Part shown: positions 21,195-31,838 of the stretch, one piece after another | Layout: each line of letters opens with the position of its first letter | Position numbering within the stretch: position 1 is the first letter of the stretch | Source of the DNA: an uncultured delta proteobacterium | Lineage (GTDB): Bacteria > Desulfobacterota > Syntrophia > Syntrophales > UBA5619 | Direction: 5' to 3' | Assembly: GCA_963817385.1 (NCBI GenBank) | Contig: CAWFOM010000005.1 | Span: 352,001 to 416,000 of the forward strand | DNA length: 64,000 nucleotides | Notes under the pieces: model-generated | The model's database searches: none | Told to the model about the DNA's origin: nothing | What the model saw: the letters and a program-made list of their open reading frames with translations, nothing else | Program-made: the position numbers and the translations under genes

Positions 21195-21974
21195 TTGATC
21201 AGGCTCTCGGTTGTTATCATTACATTTAATGAAGAAATAAATATTGAGCGATGTATTCAGTCGGTAATCGATTTTGCTGATGAGATTCTTGTAGTAGATT
21301 CTTTCTCTACGGATCAAACCGAAAATATCTGCAGAAGGTATGGGGTGAATTTTATTAAAAATTCATTTAAGGGCCACATTGAGCAAAAGAACTGGGCATT
21401 AAGCCAATCAAAGTTTAACCACGTGCTTTCACTCGATGCAGACGAAGTCGTTTCGGAAGAGTTAAAGAATTCAATACTGAAAATCAAGAAAAACTGGACA
21501 TCTGACGGCTATGATTTTAATCGTCTGACCAATTACTGCGGTCAATGGATTTATCATTGCGGTTGGTATCCCGATAAAAAACTTCGATTATTTGACAAAA
21601 CACAGGGGCAATGGGGAGGGGTAAACCCTCATGATAAATTCATCCTAAAAAGCGGATTTACTCAAGATCACTTAAAAGGAGATCTTCTTCACTATTCGTA
21701 TTCCACCATTTCCGATCATGTAAATAGGATCAACTATTATAGTACTATTTCAGCTCAGGAGATGTTTCTTGGGAAAAGAAGAGCCACGATATTCACAAGT
21801 ATATCTCATTCCCTATGGCGTTATTTCAGCGATTATTTTCTTAAGCGTGGTTTTCTTGATGGATACTATGGATTCGTCATTTCCATACTGAATGCCTATG
21901 CAACATTATTAAAATATGCAAAGTTAAAAGAACTTGAGTCGGGTAGACCGATTTCACCCGATATGACAGCTTGA
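21195..21974 (+). CDS. GT2 glycosyltransferase (WaaE/KdtX-like)
   Basis: ITFNEE, VDSFSTD, LDADE, WYPD..LRLF and GFLDG motifs. Confidence 0.9.
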   Translation: MIRLSVVIITFNEEINIERCIQSVIDFADEILVVDSFSTDQTENICRRYGVNFIKNSFKGHIEQKNWALSQSKFNHVLSLDADEVVSEELKNSILKIKKNWTSDGYDFNRLTNYCGQWIYHCGWYPDKKLRLFDKTQGQWGGVNPHDKFILKSGFTQDHLKGDLLHYSYSTISDHVNRINYYSTISAQEMFLGKRRATIFTSISHSLWRYFSDYFLKRGFLDGYYGFVISILNAYATLLKYAKLKELESGRPISPDMTA

Positions 21975-21988
21975 GGTTCGTTTTTTGT

Positions 21989-22247
21989 AATCTCCCGAGC
22001 AAACCGCGCTGTTCCACGGCGCCCGTCGAGATCGATTCAGTAATCGGCGCCTACCTCCTGTTTCGGAAGAGCGTTATCGACGCGGTGTGAATGTTCGACG
22101 AACGCTACTTCTTCTTAATGTCTTCTGCCGGACCGGCTGCTCACCTTCCCTGGAAACCTCCTGTTGCTGGGAATGAATCTCGAGATGCGCCAGCGATTGG
22201 CAGTCGATGGCCACCTGCTTCTCATGCATATCTGGGGATGCCCCTGA
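21989..22247 (+). pseudogene. GT2 glycosyltransferase relic
   Basis: Manual translation PVEIDSVIGAYLLFRKSVIDAV*MFDERYFF with an in-frame TGA, then a short C-terminal fragment ending HIWGCP*. Confidence 0.65.
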
Positions 22248-22293
22248 AGGGCCGTTATCATTACCCATCGTCTTTTCATCTATCTTTTTTATC

Positions 22294-22346
22294 TTGACTT
22301 TCAATGGCAACTTGATTAGCCTCTGCACAATGTTCACGGAATGAAC
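22294..22346 (+). promoter_or_regulatory. Putative sigma70 promoter plus palindromic operator for the MarR gene
   Basis: TTGACT (22294)-17 bp-TAGCCT (22317); inverted repeat GTTCA-N5-TGAAC (22332-22346) overlapping the ATG. Confidence 0.45.
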
Positions 22347-22760
22347 GATATGGTGCAAAGGATGTCCGTTCAACCACCCGATCAACTCGAAAACGAGGAA
22401 GTACTCCGGATCTTCAGGGAGATCTACAAATCACCCGAAATGACCCAGCGTGAACTTTCCTCCCGGCTGGGGATCAGCCTCGGCAAGATCAACTTCCTCA
22501 TCAACGCCCTGATCGAGAGGGGGTTTGTGAAGGTAGAGAATTTTCGGAAATCCAGCAGCAAAAGCGCCTATCTCTATTACCTGACGCCTATGGGTATCGA
22601 GGAAAAAACCCGGACGACATATCTCTTTCTCAAGAAGAAAATATGGGAGTACGAACGTTTGGCGACGGAGATACAGCAACTACGGGAAGAGGTGCGGGAA
22701 AACGGCTTTCCTTCCGGGGAACAGGAACGTTCCGGCAACGGAGAGATAACTGGTACGTAA
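22341..22760 (+). CDS. MarR-family EPS-associated transcriptional regulator
   Basis: TQRELS..LGISLGKINF, KVENF..S..K.AYLYYLTP.GIEEK signature. Confidence 0.9.
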   Translation: MNDMVQRMSVQPPDQLENEEVLRIFREIYKSPEMTQRELSSRLGISLGKINFLINALIERGFVKVENFRKSSSKSAYLYYLTPMGIEEKTRTTYLFLKKKIWEYERLATEIQQLREEVRENGFPSGEQERSGNGEITGT

Positions 22761-22884
22761 ATTGCCGTCTATAGGTGGGATGGACGGTGTGACAGGGGTA
22801 TCGGATGGAATCCAGAGGGCGGAGCTGTATCCGGATGTCTCTGAAATTGTTGTCCTTCCACCGTCCGATTAAAGGGGGAATAAA

Positions 22885-24519
22885 ATGAAAGCAAGCGGAA
22901 ATCTGGTTTTATGTCTGGCTATATTCATCCTATTCGGGTTGGGGGCGTACTCCACCATCGCTGCCGCTCCCTTTGCTTACATACCCAATTCAGGCAATAA
23001 CAACGTCTCGGTGATTGACACGGCGACTACTCCTCCTAGTATCGTAGCAACCATTCTTGCGGGAACGAATCCCCGCGGTGTGGCGTCAGTCGTGAAGACT
23101 TCGGAAACATTCACCTACATAACGAATTTCGGCAGTGATAATGTGTCGGTCATCCGGACCTTCAGGGACACTTTAACCGACAAAGTTGCTTTCGAGAAGG
23201 TTCGAGACATCAGGGTAGGTAGGAATCCTTACGGGATAGCGGTCGATCCAACGGGAACATTTGCCTATGTCACAAACTTCTTCGATGGCACGGTCTCGAA
23301 GATCGACCTCGGCACCAATACCGTTGCGGCAACAATTCCCGTCGGTTCCAACCCGATAGGCATCGTTGTCAGCCCTGACGGATCCAAAGTCTATGCGGTC
23401 AATAACTCGAGCGGTACCGTTTCCGTCATCAGTGCCGCCGACAACACCAGTATCACGGCGGTCGCGGTGGGCATCAATCCCCTCGGCGTCGCCGTCAATC
23501 CCGCGGGCACCTTCGTCTACGTCACAAATTCCGGCGGGAATTCCATCTCAATTATCAAGACGGCGGACAATTCAGTAACGACAAAACTGGATTTTCATCT
23601 GGGGGCCCCCTCGGGTGTGGCGGTTAATGCCGCCGGAACGCTTGTCTATATCACGAATTTCAGCAGCAACACCCTTTCCTTCTTCGATACGAACAGCAGT
23701 ACGTTCAGCAGCGCGAACATCGCCGTTGGAACAAACCCCATTGGCGTATCGCCGAGCGTAGATGGGGCGTTTATCTATGTGGTAAGCAGTCTCGACGGGA
23801 CCGTTTCCGTTATCGACAATGCAACGAATACGGAAAAACTGCCGCGGATTAAAGTCGGGACATCACCCTATGCCCTCGGCTCCTTCATTGCCTTTTTTGG
23901 AACGACCGTTCCTACCGTCACCGCTACGAAGCCGGCGAATGCCGCTGCAGACGTTTCCCTGGGGACGACGATTCAAGCCACCTTTTCCGATATCATGGAT
24001 GCAACGACGATCAATACCTCGACGTTTTTCGTGAGTGGGAGCGTAACGGGCACTGTGACGTATGACAGCACAACCAAAACCGCCCAGTTCAAGCCACTGA
24101 AAAATCTTGAAAAAAACATCACGTACACGGTCACCTTGACGACCGGGATACGAAATTCGCTGGGGAACGCCCTTGCTTCCAACTACACCTGGAATTTCAC
24201 GACATCGGAAGACAGTGGCGGTTCCTGCTTCATCGCGACGGCGGTTTACGGCTCGTATGATGATGCCCATGTTCGGATATTAAGGACGTTTAGAGATCGG
24301 TATCTTCTTCCCAATGCCGGGGGCGCGGCAATCGTTGCCGTCTATTATCGATATTCACCGCCGGTTGCCGCCTTTATCAGAGAACACAATTTCCTGAGAG
24401 CGCCGACAAGATGGCTGCTGGCACCGGTGGTATATTTTGTCCAATATCCGTGGCATCTTGCGATGATGTTGGGATTGGGTTTGATCATCATCGTAGGAAG
24501 AAAAAAGGTAAGAAGATAA
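22885..24519 (+). CDS. Secreted YVTN 7-blade beta-propeller + Ig-like domain + C-terminal CFI-box (CTERM) domain protein
   Basis: Signal peptide; 7 repeats of (Y)VTN..S..VSVID...VG.NP.G; TVTAT.PAN...YTVTLTTGI...W.FTT Ig domain; GGSCFIATAVYGS...LR.FRD..L...YY.YSPPVA, then a TM helix and RKKVRR. Confidence 0.85.
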   Translation: MKASGNLVLCLAIFILFGLGAYSTIAAAPFAYIPNSGNNNVSVIDTATTPPSIVATILAGTNPRGVASVVKTSETFTYITNFGSDNVSVIRTFRDTLTDKVAFEKVRDIRVGRNPYGIAVDPTGTFAYVTNFFDGTVSKIDLGTNTVAATIPVGSNPIGIVVSPDGSKVYAVNNSSGTVSVISAADNTSITAVAVGINPLGVAVNPAGTFVYVTNSGGNSISIIKTADNSVTTKLDFHLGAPSGVAVNAAGTLVYITNFSSNTLSFFDTNSSTFSSANIAVGTNPIGVSPSVDGAFIYVVSSLDGTVSVIDNATNTEKLPRIKVGTSPYALGSFIAFFGTTVPTVTATKPANAAADVSLGTTIQATFSDIMDATTINTSTFFVSGSVTGTVTYDSTTKTAQFKPLKNLEKNITYTVTLTTGIRNSLGNALASNYTWNFTTSEDSGGSCFIATAVYGSYDDAHVRILRTFRDRYLLPNAGGAAIVAVYYRYSPPVAAFIREHNFLRAPTRWLLAPVVYFVQYPWHLAMMLGLGLIIIVGRKKVRR

Positions 24520-24520
24520 A

Positions 24521-26038
24521 ATGGCTGACATATCTTTTCAGGAATACCCCGCGAAACCGGTGGTCATCGGCAATCTTTCCGTTCTGTTTATGAAGCAGTC
24601 CAGGTTTGTTCCCCTGCAACTGGATGACGATACTCTGAGCATTGCCATTGCGGATCCGGGGGACTTTTACACCATAGATACCCTCAAGCTCGCCTGCAAC
24701 TTGAATATAGAGGTATGCCGGGGGAGGGAGGAGGACATCCTTGCGGCTATCGAGAGATTGTATGGCACCGGAAGCCAGTCTCTGGAAATGATCATAGAGG
24801 AGGCAGGCAGGGATACCGACGATATCTTCTCGGAAGGGGTGGTGGACGCAGACCATCTGAGGGACCTTGCTTCAGAGGCCCCGATTATCAGACTGGTCAA
24901 CCGGCTTATCTTAAATGCGGTGGAGGTGAGAGCAAGCGATATTCATTTTGAGCCTTTTGAAAATGAGTTTAAAGTGCGATATCGTATAGACGGTATCCTG
25001 CACAATATGGAATCTCCCCCCAGCCGCCTTCAGGACGCCATAATTTCCCGGGTCAAGATCATGGCGAAAATGGATATCGCTGAAAGACGGCTTCCTCGGG
25101 ATGGGAGAATCAAACTCAAGGTAGCGGATAAGGAGATCGATTTTCGGGTTTCAACCCTGCCCACCATTTTCGGAGAGAGCCTGGTAATGAGGATCCTGGA
25201 CAGGGACGCGTTAATTCTTGATCTCGAAAAACTCGGTCTTCCTGAAGACCTGCTTCCGCAGTATGTAGATCTGATATCAAAGCCTTACGGGATGATACTG
25301 GTTACCGGACCTACAGGAAGCGGCAAAACGACGACGCTGTATACCACCCTGGCAAAGATAAACTCTCCGGAAACGAAAATTATAACACTTGAAGAGCCGG
25401 TGGAATATCAACTGAGAGGCGTTAATCAAATCCAGGTTAATACGAAAATCGGCATGACCTTCGCGAATGGCCTTCGTTCCATTGTGCGCCAGGATCCCGA
25501 CATTATCCTGGTCGGAGAAATACGGGATCGAGAGACCGCAGAGACGGCTATTCAATCCGCTCTCACGGGTCACCTGCTTTTCAGTACCCTGCACACGAAC
25601 GACGCAGCAGGCGCCATTTCCCGGCTGCTTGATATAGGTGTGGAGAACTTTCTCCTTAGCTCCACGCTCTTGGGAATCCTGGCCCAAAGGCTTGTCAGGG
25701 TTATCTGTCCTCATTGCAAGAAACGAGTCGAGCCCGAGGGAAAGCTCTTAAAGGCGATGAATTTAAGCCCTGACAAAATTTCCGGAATCGAGTTTTTCGC
25801 GGGAGAGGGGTGTGAAGAGTGCAACCATACCGGGTTCAGAGGAAGAATAGGGATTTTCGAGTATCTCCCCGTGGATGATGACATCAGGAAAGAAATTACG
25901 GCGAGGTCCAGCACCGAAAGGATCAAAGACGTAGCGCTCAAGAAAGGGATAGTGACGTTGCGTCAGGATGGCTGGAATAAGGTTACAAGGGGAATCACTA
26001 CCATATCAGAGGTGTTGAGGGTAACGCTCGAGAAATAA
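24521..26038 (+). CDS. gspE: Type II secretion ATPase
   Basis: ASDIHFEP, GPTGSGKTTT, RQDPD, GEIRD, TGHL, tetracysteine CPHC/CEEC. Confidence 0.95.
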   Translation: MADISFQEYPAKPVVIGNLSVLFMKQSRFVPLQLDDDTLSIAIADPGDFYTIDTLKLACNLNIEVCRGREEDILAAIERLYGTGSQSLEMIIEEAGRDTDDIFSEGVVDADHLRDLASEAPIIRLVNRLILNAVEVRASDIHFEPFENEFKVRYRIDGILHNMESPPSRLQDAIISRVKIMAKMDIAERRLPRDGRIKLKVADKEIDFRVSTLPTIFGESLVMRILDRDALILDLEKLGLPEDLLPQYVDLISKPYGMILVTGPTGSGKTTTLYTTLAKINSPETKIITLEEPVEYQLRGVNQIQVNTKIGMTFANGLRSIVRQDPDIILVGEIRDRETAETAIQSALTGHLLFSTLHTNDAAGAISRLLDIGVENFLLSSTLLGILAQRLVRVICPHCKKRVEPEGKLLKAMNLSPDKISGIEFFAGEGCEECNHTGFRGRIGIFEYLPVDDDIRKEITARSSTERIKDVALKKGIVTLRQDGWNKVTRGITTISEVLRVTLEK

Positions 26039-26039
26039 C

Positions 26040-27268
26040 ATGTCCACGTATTCATACAAAGCAACAGATCCTGCGGGTAAACTTGTTACCGGCACCCTGG
26101 AAGCCGCAGAAGAGAAGGAAGCAGTGGCCAGCCTTCAGAGTATGAGATATATCCCCATCAGGATTAGCCTGGCGAAAAGAACTCGCATCGGGCCGGATAT
26201 TGATCTGTCAAAAGGGTCGCTTCTTTATTCAAGAGGGTTTCCACGAAGGATGTCGTGGTCTTTACCCAGGATCTTTCCACGTTGCTGGAAGCCGGAGTTC
26301 CGGTGGATCGGGCACTGTCGATATTGATCGATGTCGCGGAAAAGGATAGATTCAAGGATGTCCTCAGAGATGTTTTGAAAAATATCCAGGGGGGGAGTTA
26401 TCTGTCGAACGCGCTGGCAAAATATCCCCGGGTGTTTTCTTCTTTTTATGTGAGCATGGTAAGGGCAGGAGAAGCGGGAGGCGTCCTGGATGATGTTCTC
26501 AAGAGGCTCGGCGCTTTTTTGGAAAGCTCCCAGGATTTCAAGGACTATATAAAGTCCGCCATGGTTTACCCGATATTCCTTGTCTTTGTCGGCGGTGTTT
26601 CAATCATCATTCTGTTAACCTTTGTAATGCCCAAATTTGCCGTTATTTTCTCCGATATGCGTCAAGCCATACCGTTAGCCACCCGGGTTTTACTGGGATT
26701 CAGTGCGGCGCTAAAAACGTACTGGCCGGTCATTCTTGGTGGATTAGGGGTCATCTATTTTTTCGTGAGACGGTATATAAGGACGCCTGCAGGCAGTTTA
26801 AAGCTGGATCACTACAAACTGCATTTCCCCGTCGCCGGAGAACTGGTCAAGAAGATAGAAGTGGCCCGGTTCGCAAGAACACTGGGAACACTGTCACAAA
26901 GCGGGGTTCCCATTTTACAGGCCCTTAATCTGGTTAAGGACATTATCGGCAACCAGGTGATTGCGGGGACTCTTGGAAATGTCTATGACAGGGTCAAGCA
27001 AGGGGAAAAACTCTCAAAGCCCCTTGGTGAGATAGATGTGTTTCCCTCCCTGGCGATCCAGATGATTACGGTAGGAGAGGAAACGGGAAAACTTGGTGAA
27101 ATGCTCTTGAGAGTGGCGGAAAATTACGAGAAGGTGGCAAGGGACACGGTGAGAAGACTTGTCAGTTTTCTTGAACCGGCTATGATTCTTTGTATGGGCG
27201 TTGTGGTGGGTTTTATCGTTATATCCATGATGATGGCTATATTCAGCATGAATGAAATGCCGTTTTGA
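26040..27268 (+). CDS. gspF: Type II secretion inner-membrane platform protein (frameshift ~26215)
   Basis: AGEAGG.L, SAMVYP, GEETGKL and LEP motifs. Confidence 0.93.
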
Positions 27269-27283
27269 AGGGAGTTGTTTTTT

Positions 27284-27716
27284 ATGAAAATGTTACGGAA
27301 AGAAAAGGGATTCACCCTCATCGAACTTTTGATTGTTATGGTTATTTTAGGACTTCTGGCTGCCTTGGTTGGCCCTCGTATGTTTGGGAAGGTGGGAACG
27401 TCCAAACAAAAAGCTGCAAAGGCCCAGATATCGCTATTTGAAACGAGCCTTGATACGTACCGGCTCGACGTAGGCAAATATCCAACAACGGAGCAGGGAC
27501 TGACAGGCGCTCAGGGTGAAACCGGATGGCGCGGAAAAGTGGGATGGCCCCTATCTTCCGAAGGATGTGCCTCTGGACCCATGGGGAAAACCCTATGTAT
27601 ATGAATCGCCGGGCAAGCATGGAGACTATGACATTATTGCACTGGGAGCTGACGGAACCCCCGGGGGGGAGGGTGAGGACACAGATATTGAGAGTTGGAC
27701 AAATATCGGACAATAA
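27284..27716 (+). CDS. gspG: Major pseudopilin (frameshift ~27505)
   Basis: GFTLIEL, YRLDVGKYPTTEQGL, WDGPYL..DPWG and GADG..GGEGED motifs. Confidence 0.93.
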
Positions 27717-27735
27717 CCCCAATGTGCTATTTTTC

Positions 27736-28290
27736 ATGCACCGCCGGGACCATAGAGGCTTTACGCTTCTTGAACTTATCGTAGTATTGGTAATCATCAG
27801 CCTCATGTCTGCCCTCGTGGTCCCGAAGTTGGCGGGACCCATGAGCAATCTTGATCTGAAAACCGCCTCCCAAAAGATCTCGGCATCGCTGAGATATGTA
27901 AGGAGTCACGCCGCGTCGGAAAAGACAACCTATGCAGCGCTGTTTGACTTCGATAACAATAAACTGGTCATTATCAATCCCCCCCTGGTAAAGGGGGATT
28001 TTCATATTAACAATCGGGGAGCGTTTGACCGGACGCCGGTAGAACCGCCTGACAATGAGAAAGACCGGCCGGGCGGATTAAAAACGTATACTCTGCCCGA
28101 TGGGGTGAAACTTCTAAAAGGCGTATCAAGGGAGGGTGATGTTAATTCGGGCTTCTTCCGGATCTTTTTTTTCCCCAGCGGAGGCAGTAGCGGGGGCGAG
28201 GTAACTGTGGCCAATGAGCGAGGCAGGCAGTACAAAATAACTGTTGACTTTATCACCGGAATGGTGCAGCTCTCGGAGGTCATGGGCTAG
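27736..28290 (+). CDS. gspH: Minor pseudopilin H
   Basis: RGFTLLELIVV prepilin motif; FFPSGGSSGG. Confidence 0.85.
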   Translation: MHRRDHRGFTLLELIVVLVIISLMSALVVPKLAGPMSNLDLKTASQKISASLRYVRSHAASEKTTYAALFDFDNNKLVIINPPLVKGDFHINNRGAFDRTPVEPPDNEKDRPGGLKTYTLPDGVKLLKGVSREGDVNSGFFRIFFFPSGGSSGGEVTVANERGRQYKITVDFITGMVQLSEVMG

Positions 28291-28709
28291 TGGAAAACAG
28301 GGGCTTCACACTTATAGAAACCCTTGTTGCCATATCCATTCTTGCCATCTCTCTTGTCGTCATCTTGCAACTCTTTTCCGGCGGTCTGAAATCCAGTAAA
28401 CTATCGGATGAATATACCCGCGGCATATTCCATGCGAGAGAAAAGATGGATGAGATCCTCCTTGCCGGAGAACTCACCGAGGGGGTCATTGGCGGTGAAT
28501 TGGACGATGGTTTCAGATGGAAAGCGGAAGCCCTACCTCTCGATATTCCGGAAGCAAAGGATGTCACATTGCCCTTTCGTGCTTTCAATATAAAGGTGGA
28601 TGTCATGTGGGATACGGGTGGACGGGAAAAACATTTTGCCATAAGCGCGATAAAGCTGGTCAAGCCCAGTAACGATAACCTCTTGATAAGCTCTAAGATG
28701 TCACGATGA
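28290..28709 (+). CDS. gspI: Minor pseudopilin I
   Basis: RGFTLIETLVA prepilin motif; size and position. Confidence 0.82.
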   Translation: MENRGFTLIETLVAISILAISLVVILQLFSGGLKSSKLSDEYTRGIFHAREKMDEILLAGELTEGVIGGELDDGFRWKAEALPLDIPEAKDVTLPFRAFNIKVDVMWDTGGREKHFAISAIKLVKPSNDNLLISSKMSR

Positions 28710-28741
28710 TCAAATTCGGGCAGGCCCGTAAGGTAAAAGAG

Positions 28742-29375
28742 ATGTCGAACGGTAAAAGCAGCAGAGGTTTTACCCTTTTGGAATTGATGATCGCGCTTAC
28801 GATCGTGGCGATGATAGTGGTCATCATCTTCGGCGCTTTGAGAATCGGCATACGGGCGTGGGAGAAAGGCGAAAGGGATGTGGACAGTCGCCAGAGACAG
28901 CGCATTGTGCTGGATCTAATCAAGCGTCAACTGACATCAACCTCTGTGAGTGAGGTGTGGGGGATGGATCAACAACTGGTCTCCTTAACGGGCGATAGCA
29001 AGTCCATAGATTTCGTATCCCATATTCCCATGACGCCCGGCAACCGGCTTGGCCTGGTTTATGTTAAGTATGCCGTCAGGCGGGAAAAGGAAGGCAACAA
29101 AGAGCATCTTACATTTTACGAGAAAAATGTTGTATTGCTCGACAAAAAGATAGGCGCGGGTAATCCGGACGAAAGCTGATTTTTTTGAATTAATTCCCGG
29201 GGTGAAAAGCATAGTATTTGAATACTTGAAAGACCGGCCCGGTGAAGAAGCATCAATATGGCAGAAAAGCTGGGACCCGGCGGTCGACAAGGGGGTTCCC
29301 CGGGCGGTCAGGATTACGCTCACGGAAAGTGACGAAAAGGCCCCCATTTATGTGATCGCAGGGGTAGGGGAGTAG
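28742..29375 (+). CDS. gspJ: Minor pseudopilin J (frameshift ~29175)
   Basis: RGFTLLELMIA; the +1 frame continues FELIPGVKSIVFEY...WQKSW...PRAVRI to TAG at 29375. Confidence 0.82.
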
Positions 29376-29388
29376 AGGATAGTGCCTT

Positions 29389-30405
29389 ATGAAACATCAT
29401 CTGACAAGTGAGCGTGGCATTGCGTTATTCCTCGTGCTGTGGGTCATGGCGCTTCTCACGATCATTGCAGGCGAGTTTTGCTATGCTATAAGAACAGAAG
29501 CAAACATCACCCGCAACTTCAAGGAGGAAACACAGACCTATTATATTGCGGTGACCGGGCTCTATTGGGCTATCGGGGAACTGGTAGTGAATGAGTATGT
29601 TCCCCTGAAGGTGAAAGCTCCTGGTGGCGGAAGCGAACAAGAGGATATCAGGTGGAGAATCAATACCGATATCCCCGCAATCCCCTTTGGAGATGGTCAA
29701 TTCAAAGCGGAAATAGAGAACCAAAGCGGAAAGGTTAACCTGAACATGGCTAACGAGACCCTGTTGAAGATGATGCTGAGCAATTTTGAAATCGATGATA
29801 CCAACAAAAATATCATTGTAGATTCCATTATGGATTGGCGGGACAAAGACAACCTTCACCGCCTAAACGGCGCTGAAGATGATTATTATCTTTCCCTTCC
29901 TCAACCGTACAAGTGTAAGAACGGCGATTTTACATCGATAGAAGAACTGCTTCTTGTCAGGGGGGTAACTCCCGAGATATTCTACGGCGGGCTTCAGGAT
30001 ATGGTCACCGTTTATCAGGATAAAAAAGCGGAACGCGATAACAGGAAAATAGGGGAGTTTGATTTTAACAAGATAAACATCAATGCCGCATCGCCACGAA
30101 TGCTGCGCGCTCTTCCACGAATGACGGAGGATGTAGTTCAGGCAATTATGAAATATCGAGAAATAAAAGATTTCCGGTTACTGATTGATCTGAATCTTGT
30201 TGTTGGATCTGACATATACGCAGGAATCTCACCCTACATCACGTTGATCCGATTTCCCTACTATACGATCAAGTCAGTGGGAATGCTCAAGGAGAGCAAG
30301 ACCCGTCAGGGTGTGCAGGCCGTGGTTAAAATTGATAGATCGCTCAAAAAAGGATATGAGGTCATTCAGTGGATCGATGGTCTCGAATACCGATCGCAAC
30401 AGTGA
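29389..30405 (+). CDS. gspK: Minor pseudopilin K
   Basis: ERGIAL..VLW, GKVNLN, DWRD.D, GAEDDYY, ELLLVRG and ININAA motifs. Confidence 0.92.
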   Translation: MKHHLTSERGIALFLVLWVMALLTIIAGEFCYAIRTEANITRNFKEETQTYYIAVTGLYWAIGELVVNEYVPLKVKAPGGGSEQEDIRWRINTDIPAIPFGDGQFKAEIENQSGKVNLNMANETLLKMMLSNFEIDDTNKNIIVDSIMDWRDKDNLHRLNGAEDDYYLSLPQPYKCKNGDFTSIEELLLVRGVTPEIFYGGLQDMVTVYQDKKAERDNRKIGEFDFNKININAASPRMLRALPRMTEDVVQAIMKYREIKDFRLLIDLNLVVGSDIYAGISPYITLIRFPYYTIKSVGMLKESKTRQGVQAVVKIDRSLKKGYEVIQWIDGLEYRSQQ

Positions 30406-30452
30406 TATCTGGCAACGTTTAACCCGGGCAAATCTATTTATGGAGGTTAGCC

Positions 30453-31826
30453 TTGTACTTTCAGGCAAGTGTCGGCATAGATATTGAGAACAACCGTGTT
30501 TCCCTGGTATACCTGAAAGCATCGCTCAAGGGGCTTTGCCTTGCAGCCCACGCCATCTATCCCCTTGAAAAGGAGGATCCTGAAGAAAAAACAGCGGAAA
30601 CCAGAAAGTATGTCAATGAATTTCTGAGAAACCACCGGATTTCATCGGCGGATATTTTTGTGGGAATACGGCGGGATTTGACGATACTCAGATATATTGA
30701 ACTACCATTAGCCGTCAAAGAAAACCTCAGGGGAACCTTATACTATGAGATGGAGAAATATGTACCCGTTCCCGTCAGCGAGATCTACTTTGATTGCCAA
30801 ATAATTGCCGAAGACAAAGAAGCTAACAAATTAACGGTTCTTCTCGTAGTCGTTAAAAAGGAATTTATCGATCCGTACCTTGATCGCGATAACCGGTTAG
30901 GCGAAGGAATATCGGGGATAGAGATTAATTCCATTGCATTGGTTAACTACTTATCCTCCAAACCAAACACACCGAATGCGGATACTTATGCCGTTGTGTG
31001 TCTCGGGCGTGAACATCTTGAACTGAGTTTTGTCAAAAAAAATTTTCTGCATTACTCAAGACATGTGAAAATTGATGAAAAGGGAGGCAGTCTGCAGCAC
31101 TTTGTCCTGGACGAGTTAGAACTGCTCAGGAAAACACTCGGACAGGAGCAAGGCCGGTTGGAGGTTATATGCTGTGGGCCTGAAACCGATAGCATCATTG
31201 AACTGCTCAAGGAGAGGGAGGATATCAGCCTCCGCCCGCTGGAGCTTTCCAGAACGGGAATCCCGTCGGATGTCCTGGCGCCGGCATACGGCCTTGCCTT
31301 AAAGGGGATACAAAAGGCGCCGATGGATATCAATTTTCTGCCTGTCAACCTTCGGAAAAAGGTCGGCAAAATTGGATATTATATGATGTTTGTTCTGGCC
31401 GGTCTCTTCATCTTGTCGATCCTTGCGTGGGGAGGGAGCAATATCCTGCACCAGAAACGTGTTTCTGACAAGCTTGACAGCGAGATCAAACAACTGAGCG
31501 CTGAAGTTGCGGACATTAACCGGACTCAGGCAAGATTGAAAGAATTAGAGAATAAAATAGACGCCATAAACGCGCTTCGCCAGCGCCATCTGCCCGTCTT
31601 GAGCATTCTACGGGATCTAAGCAAGGAAATCCCGGACGGCGCGTGGCTCGACAGACTCTCATTTACCGATAAAGGGGGGGAAATAGAAGGTTATGCGGAT
31701 TCCGCCTCGGCATTGATTCCTCTTCTTGCGGCATCTCCCCTGTTGAAGGATGTGGCCTTTTTGTCTCCAATCACAAAAGGCAAGGATGGCAAGGAAAAAT
31801 TTCGGATAGGGTTTAAAGTGCGGTAA
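30453..31826 (+). CDS. gspL: GspL / PilM-PilN-like assembly protein
   Basis: Actin-like cytoplasmic domain, INFLP, single TM, coiled coil, PilN-type C-terminus. Confidence 0.78.
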   Translation: MYFQASVGIDIENNRVSLVYLKASLKGLCLAAHAIYPLEKEDPEEKTAETRKYVNEFLRNHRISSADIFVGIRRDLTILRYIELPLAVKENLRGTLYYEMEKYVPVPVSEIYFDCQIIAEDKEANKLTVLLVVVKKEFIDPYLDRDNRLGEGISGIEINSIALVNYLSSKPNTPNADTYAVVCLGREHLELSFVKKNFLHYSRHVKIDEKGGSLQHFVLDELELLRKTLGQEQGRLEVICCGPETDSIIELLKEREDISLRPLELSRTGIPSDVLAPAYGLALKGIQKAPMDINFLPVNLRKKVGKIGYYMMFVLAGLFILSILAWGGSNILHQKRVSDKLDSEIKQLSAEVADINRTQARLKELENKIDAINALRQRHLPVLSILRDLSKEIPDGAWLDRLSFTDKGGEIEGYADSASALIPLLAASPLLKDVAFLSPITKGKDGKEKFRIGFKVR

Positions 31827-31838
31827 CACCTTGGTCGC

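Noticed and set aside
22305..22320. Sigma54-like TGGCA...GC site
   Set aside because: The GG-GC spacing is one base longer than the strict -24/-12 consensus.
27490..27520. Programmed frameshifting or phase variation in gspG and other split genes
   Set aside because: No consistent slippery sequence or long homopolymer at the breakpoints; the pattern matches sequencing insertions.
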